A stretch of DNA of 64,000 nucleotides from Candidatus Doudnabacteria bacterium. Lineage in GTDB: Bacteria > Patescibacteriota > Doudnabacteria > UBA920. Shown here one piece after another: positions 58,714 through 64,000 of this stretch. Every line of letters begins with the position of its first letter. Position 1 is the first letter of the stretch. The stretch lies in NCBI GenBank assembly GCA_016788665.1, contig JAEUSF010000003.1:35021-99020 (forward strand). Reading direction: 5' to 3'. The notes beneath the pieces were generated by a model. That model was not told the DNA's origin. It saw only the letters and a list, made by a program, of their open reading frames with translations, and ran no database searches. The position numbers and the translations under genes are program-made.

Positions 58714-59091
58714 ATGATAAATACTGACCCAAGAAAATATTTAATAACCATACTGTTTGCAACTATTCTGTCAGGCTTTTCGCTGGTTAGTATTTTGGCC
58801 TACAAATCTCCAGTAGACTCAAGCTGGCAGATAATTATATTTTTGTATATTAGTATCTTTTTGTTCACGGTAGGGATAATAACAGGCCTAGGACTTTTAG
58901 CCAGAAGGCTTTTATCGTCAATGAGGTTTATGGAGAGTCTTTCTCATAGTCTTAGACAAGCATTTTTTGTAAGCACGTACCTAATTTTATGTTTAATACT
59001 TTCTTCTTTAGGCCTTTTATTCTGGTGGGTCGCACTTAGTCTACTGCTTCCATTTGTTACACTCGAGGCGTTTTTAAACCTCAAAATATAA
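58714..59091 (+). CDS. Hypothetical polytopic membrane protein (125 aa)
   Basis: Three to four hydrophobic helices. Confidence 0.4.
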   Translation: MINTDPRKYLITILFATILSGFSLVSILAYKSPVDSSWQIIIFLYISIFLFTVGIITGLGLLARRLLSSMRFMESLSHSLRQAFFVSTYLILCLILSSLGLLFWWVALSLLLPFVTLEAFLNLKI

Positions 59092-59096
59092 ACCAA

Positions 59097-60545
59097 ATGA
59101 CAGATTTACCCAAGGAAAACAAAACTGCCGCCCCACAGCAACCAGACAATCAGGAGAACCTGACATTTTTTAATGTAATGCCAAAAAATAAAAGTTCAAA
59201 CCTTATTAGGCCAGTTGTAAAAACAGTTTCAACACCTGCCGAAAAAGGCTTGTCATCCGATTTACCCAAAGAACCAGGTTTCTTTAAAAAAAACATTAAA
59301 TATTTTTTAATATTTATATTTTTATGCATACTCGGAACAGCGGGGTATTTTTATGCCCCCAGTTTTTTTGTTGACGACTATAAGTCCCAAAACTATCTCG
59401 CGACACAAACAGAACAGAATGACCAAACTTCTGAACAGAAAAATAAATGGCTTCTGGATTTTTTTGGAAAGACTGACTGCGAACAGGTTCTCTGCGGCGA
59501 CGAGGCAGATCCGGACCATGACGGTTTAAAGAACCTGGAAGAATTCGACCTGCAAACTGACCCCAACAATGCTGATTCCGACAAAGACGGAATAGCTGAC
59601 GGGGATGAGAAATATGTTTTTCTGACTAATCCTTCAAACGAGCACTCCGGTGTAAATAGTAATTACACGGATGCCGATTATGCAAAAAACGCATACGACC
59701 CAAAAACTGATGCTAAATATTTGGATAGCGAAATTGCAAATTTGCATGCAAAAATGAAGCAGTTTAGCTTGCATCAACCAACCATTACTACATTGGAAGA
59801 GCCTTTGTTAAATATTTACAAGTTTAACCAAGATTCACCTTTTGCCACAACAACGCCTTCAACAGTTTCACCAGCCCCTTCGTCTACCACAGACTCCGTG
59901 TTACCCAAAGAAACCGACCTGTCTCCTGCAGCAAAGCAAGACAGGGACACACAAAGGTCATTAACCATTAAAAACATTGGCGTCGCTCTAGTTAAGTATG
60001 GCGAAGGCAATTCTGGAAAATTTCCATCCTCAAACAGCTTTAGCCAAATGTATTCGACAGTTAAGGTGTACTTAAAAACAGCAACAAATCCAACAGACCC
60101 TTTGAATGTAAACAAATTTGTGTATACATACACAACAAATGAGGACAGAACTGACTTTACTTTAAGCTATTATAGCGAAACGTTAAATCAATTAATAAAA
60201 AAGGCCTTTAAAGACGCCAAAGAAGACAAGCAGAAAATGGAAAGTGCTGGCTTAGATGACCAACGGCGAAATGATTTAGAAATTATAAGGTCTACTCTAC
60301 TGGTCTACTCGGAAGATAATATAGCCGGGAACGAAATTTATGTTTTCCCGACAAAAGAAAAATACAAAACAGCTTTGGTTCCCAATTACATATCTAGTCT
60401 GCCCAAAGATCCTAAAAACCAGTTAGATTATGATTACCAGGTATCGGAAACTTTTGATACCTTTACGTTAAAAAGTATTTATGATGCTCCAGCAAATGGA
60501 AAGACAGGCTATATGTGTAATCAAGAAGAGTGCCGGGATTACTAA
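59097..60545 (+). CDS. Large anchored surface protein with thrombospondin-3/dockerin-like Ca-binding repeats (DPDHDGLKN, DSDKDGIADGDE) and a pilin-like domain
   Basis: N-terminal TM. DxDxDG-type acidic loops. RDTQRSLTIKNIGVALVKY resembles the pilin globular-domain start, as in the 35632 protein. Confidence 0.5.
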   Translation: MTDLPKENKTAAPQQPDNQENLTFFNVMPKNKSSNLIRPVVKTVSTPAEKGLSSDLPKEPGFFKKNIKYFLIFIFLCILGTAGYFYAPSFFVDDYKSQNYLATQTEQNDQTSEQKNKWLLDFFGKTDCEQVLCGDEADPDHDGLKNLEEFDLQTDPNNADSDKDGIADGDEKYVFLTNPSNEHSGVNSNYTDADYAKNAYDPKTDAKYLDSEIANLHAKMKQFSLHQPTITTLEEPLLNIYKFNQDSPFATTTPSTVSPAPSSTTDSVLPKETDLSPAAKQDRDTQRSLTIKNIGVALVKYGEGNSGKFPSSNSFSQMYSTVKVYLKTATNPTDPLNVNKFVYTYTTNEDRTDFTLSYYSETLNQLIKKAFKDAKEDKQKMESAGLDDQRRNDLEIIRSTLLVYSEDNIAGNEIYVFPTKEKYKTALVPNYISSLPKDPKNQLDYDYQVSETFDTFTLKSIYDAPANGKTGYMCNQEECRDY

Positions 60546-60577
60546 TAAGTTTAATTATTTAGCAATATAAATTTAAG

Positions 60578-60994
60578 ATGATAAATCTTTTGAAAAGACT
60601 TTTTGGAAAGACCGTATCTTCAAGCTTTCCAAATATTGTTGCGGCAAAAGTATTGGAAGTAAGTAAGCACCCAAATGCAGACAGATTAAGAGTAGTAAAG
60701 TTAGATATCGGAGGCAAACTGGTTGAGCCGGTTGTTTGCGGAGCATGGAATTTTGAAGCGGGCAATGTGGTTGCTCTGGCTTTACCAGGAGCTTTCATTC
60801 CGAAAAACATTCATTCCGAAAGATATGAAGGTTTTACATTGGGTAAGGCAAAGCTTCGGGGTATAGAAAGCCAGGGTATGATTTGTGCAAAGTTTGAATT
60901 AGGCCTGGGCCCTTTAGAAGACAAACCCGAAATTATGATTCTAAAACCAGACGTTGTTTTAGGTAGCGAATTTAGGCCCGAAATGCTAAAATAA
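60578..60994 (+). CDS. Stand-alone tRNA-binding domain protein (CsaA/Trbp111/PheT-B1-like OB fold)
   Basis: AAKVLEVSKHPNADRLRVVKLDIGG...VCGAWNFEAGNVVALALPGA matches the Myf/tRNA-binding domain. Confidence 0.7.
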   Translation: MINLLKRLFGKTVSSSFPNIVAAKVLEVSKHPNADRLRVVKLDIGGKLVEPVVCGAWNFEAGNVVALALPGAFIPKNIHSERYEGFTLGKAKLRGIESQGMICAKFELGLGPLEDKPEIMILKPDVVLGSEFRPEMLK

Positions 60995-61098
60995 ATTGCT
61001 CATGCCAATGGGCGATGTGCTGCAGGCCAAATATATGCCCTGAAATTTTAGATTGTTTAGGGTATTTGAAACAATAAGTATAATTAGAATATTTACAC

Positions 61099-62241
61099 AT
61101 GTCTCGTAACATCCAGATAGATCTTTCGGAGGAAAAAACTCTCAAAACTGAGCTTGAAAAACGAACAGACTTTGAGGCAGTGCGCATTAGGCGCTATTTA
61201 AACATGCCCGACTTATCTAGAACAGAAGGTAGCCCCATAAAAGAGGTGGTAGACCGGATACTGGCCTCTGAGTATTTTAAAGATTTAGACATTATACAAA
61301 CCCCGGAGATAGTCCCTGCGGATGTCAGCTTTGATTTGTTTGATTTTCCTAAAGACCATCCGGCCAGAAGTAAAAGTGACACTTACTACCTAGACGAAAA
61401 CAATATTCTCCGCACCCATACCACTGTTATGTGGTATTACTATTTAAATGACCCAGAAGTAAAAAAGGCTATTTCTGAAAATAAGCCGGTAGGCGCTTTT
61501 AGCTTTGGAAAAGTTTATAGGAAAGACGAAATAGACAGCAGGCACATGAACGTATTTCACCAAATAGATGGCTGGTATCTTGTTCCAAAGTCGGTTAAGA
61601 CACTGGACCAAAAAGACTTGGAAGAAGCTTTGGGTAACATTGCTAAAGCAATCTTTGGGCCTGAAATTAAATACAGGCTTAACCCTGACACCTTTCCATA
61701 TACCAACCCCTCTCTAGAAATGGAAGTTGACCTGAACTCCAAATGGGTAGAGGTTACAGGTTGTGGGGTTGTAAAAGGGACAGTTTTAGATAAATTGGGG
61801 GTAGATGGTAACAATTATACGGGCTGGGCTTTTGGATTTGGCTTAGAAAGGCTAGCAATTGCAAGTATGGAATTGCCTGATATAAGGCTTTTGTGGAGTG
61901 AAGACCCTAGAGTCATTAAACAACTTAAGTTAGGTTCAAAATTCCAAGAAGTCAGTAAATTTCCGCCAGTACCTAGAGATATTTCTTTTATTGTGGACAA
62001 TTCATTTGTACCCAATGATTACTTTGACTTAATTCGGGAAATCGGAGGTGACTTGGTGGAAGAAGTTTCCCTAATGGACAAATATGAAAATGAAGCCAAA
62101 TTTGGCAAAAATAAGATTAGCTATACTTACCATGTTGTGTACAGAAGCCCGGAAAGAACCTTAAAGGCCGAAGAAGTTGAGCCTCTTCATAATAAACTGT
62201 ACGAAGAAACCAGACGGATTTATAATGCGGTATTAAGGTAG
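61099..62241 (+). CDS. pheS: Phenylalanine--tRNA ligase alpha subunit
   Basis: Class II aaRS motifs (RTHTT, FGKVYRKDEID..H, GWAFGFGLERLA). Confidence 0.9.
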   Translation: MSRNIQIDLSEEKTLKTELEKRTDFEAVRIRRYLNMPDLSRTEGSPIKEVVDRILASEYFKDLDIIQTPEIVPADVSFDLFDFPKDHPARSKSDTYYLDENNILRTHTTVMWYYYLNDPEVKKAISENKPVGAFSFGKVYRKDEIDSRHMNVFHQIDGWYLVPKSVKTLDQKDLEEALGNIAKAIFGPEIKYRLNPDTFPYTNPSLEMEVDLNSKWVEVTGCGVVKGTVLDKLGVDGNNYTGWAFGFGLERLAIASMELPDIRLLWSEDPRVIKQLKLGSKFQEVSKFPPVPRDISFIVDNSFVPNDYFDLIREIGGDLVEEVSLMDKYENEAKFGKNKISYTYHVVYRSPERTLKAEEVEPLHNKLYEETRRIYNAVLR

Positions 62242-62365
62242 TTACGTTTGAAATGTAGTGCAGGCTTGTGGCTAGTCATATATAGGATTCCACCTTTATA
62301 CAAGCGGAAAAATAAACCAGCTTGGCTGGTAAAAACACCAAAATTTTGCTATAATAAATAGGTAA

Positions 62366-64000
<1,635 letters not shown>

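Noticed and set aside
60995-61098. T-box leader upstream of pheS
   Set aside because: No T-box consensus (AGGGUGGNACCGCG) and no specifier-loop or antiterminator architecture visible.

Overview
Low-GC (~38-40%), gene-dense bacterial window with short proteins, stripped-down operons and several pilin-like proteins. The gene content looks most like a CPR/Patescibacteria-type genome. The backbone is housekeeping: murB, hpf, secA, a Nudix/Ham1/UDG house-cleaning trio, pepN, secDF, trxA, dacA, mraY, murD, ftsW, murJ, lepA, ftsB, a parvulin PPIase, murI, tRNA-Thr, a complete F1Fo atp operon, a CCA-enzyme head domain, tRNA-fMet, a tRNA(CAT)-like gene, tRNA-Asp, a GT4 glycosyltransferase, hsp20, rmuC, a type IV prepilin, a NYN protein, a PIN toxin-antitoxin pair, a UvrD-type helicase fused to a PD-(D/E)XK nuclease, pheS and the 5' part of gyrB.

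Five things stand out. (1) At least three short patches of clearly higher GC (about 50-58%) sit inside or next to the cell-envelope gene cluster, each carrying its own signals and encoding secreted or membrane proteins. One has a textbook PEP-CTERM sorting signal, and no exosortase is visible in the window. One is frameshifted at an A6 run. One is a two-gene minus-strand unit ending in a 49-aa hydrophobic peptide behind a perfect Shine-Dalgarno. (2) A three-gene module sits behind a near-consensus sigma-70 promoter: a protein with a sigma-70-region-4-like HTH plus a C-terminal HARE-HTH, a single-pass membrane protein with a Gly/His-rich segment, and a VirD4/TraD/TrwB-family coupling-protein-like ATPase with a long disordered Glu/Lys/Pro-rich tail. 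No other type IV secretion components are nearby. (3) Two extra ORFs are inserted inside the atp operon, a small P-loop protein between atpA and atpG and an acidic protein between atpG and atpD. (4) A tRNA hotspot carries rearrangement scars: a duplicated tRNA-Asp 3' end, a tRNA(CAT)-like gene with a partial tandem copy, recurring GTCAC-N4-GTGAC palindromes, a GC-rich noncoding stretch and a 23-aa Lys/Ala-rich ORF with its own RBS and terminator. (5) A CIRCE-like operator lies upstream of hsp20.

No CRISPR array, rRNA or obvious transposase was seen.
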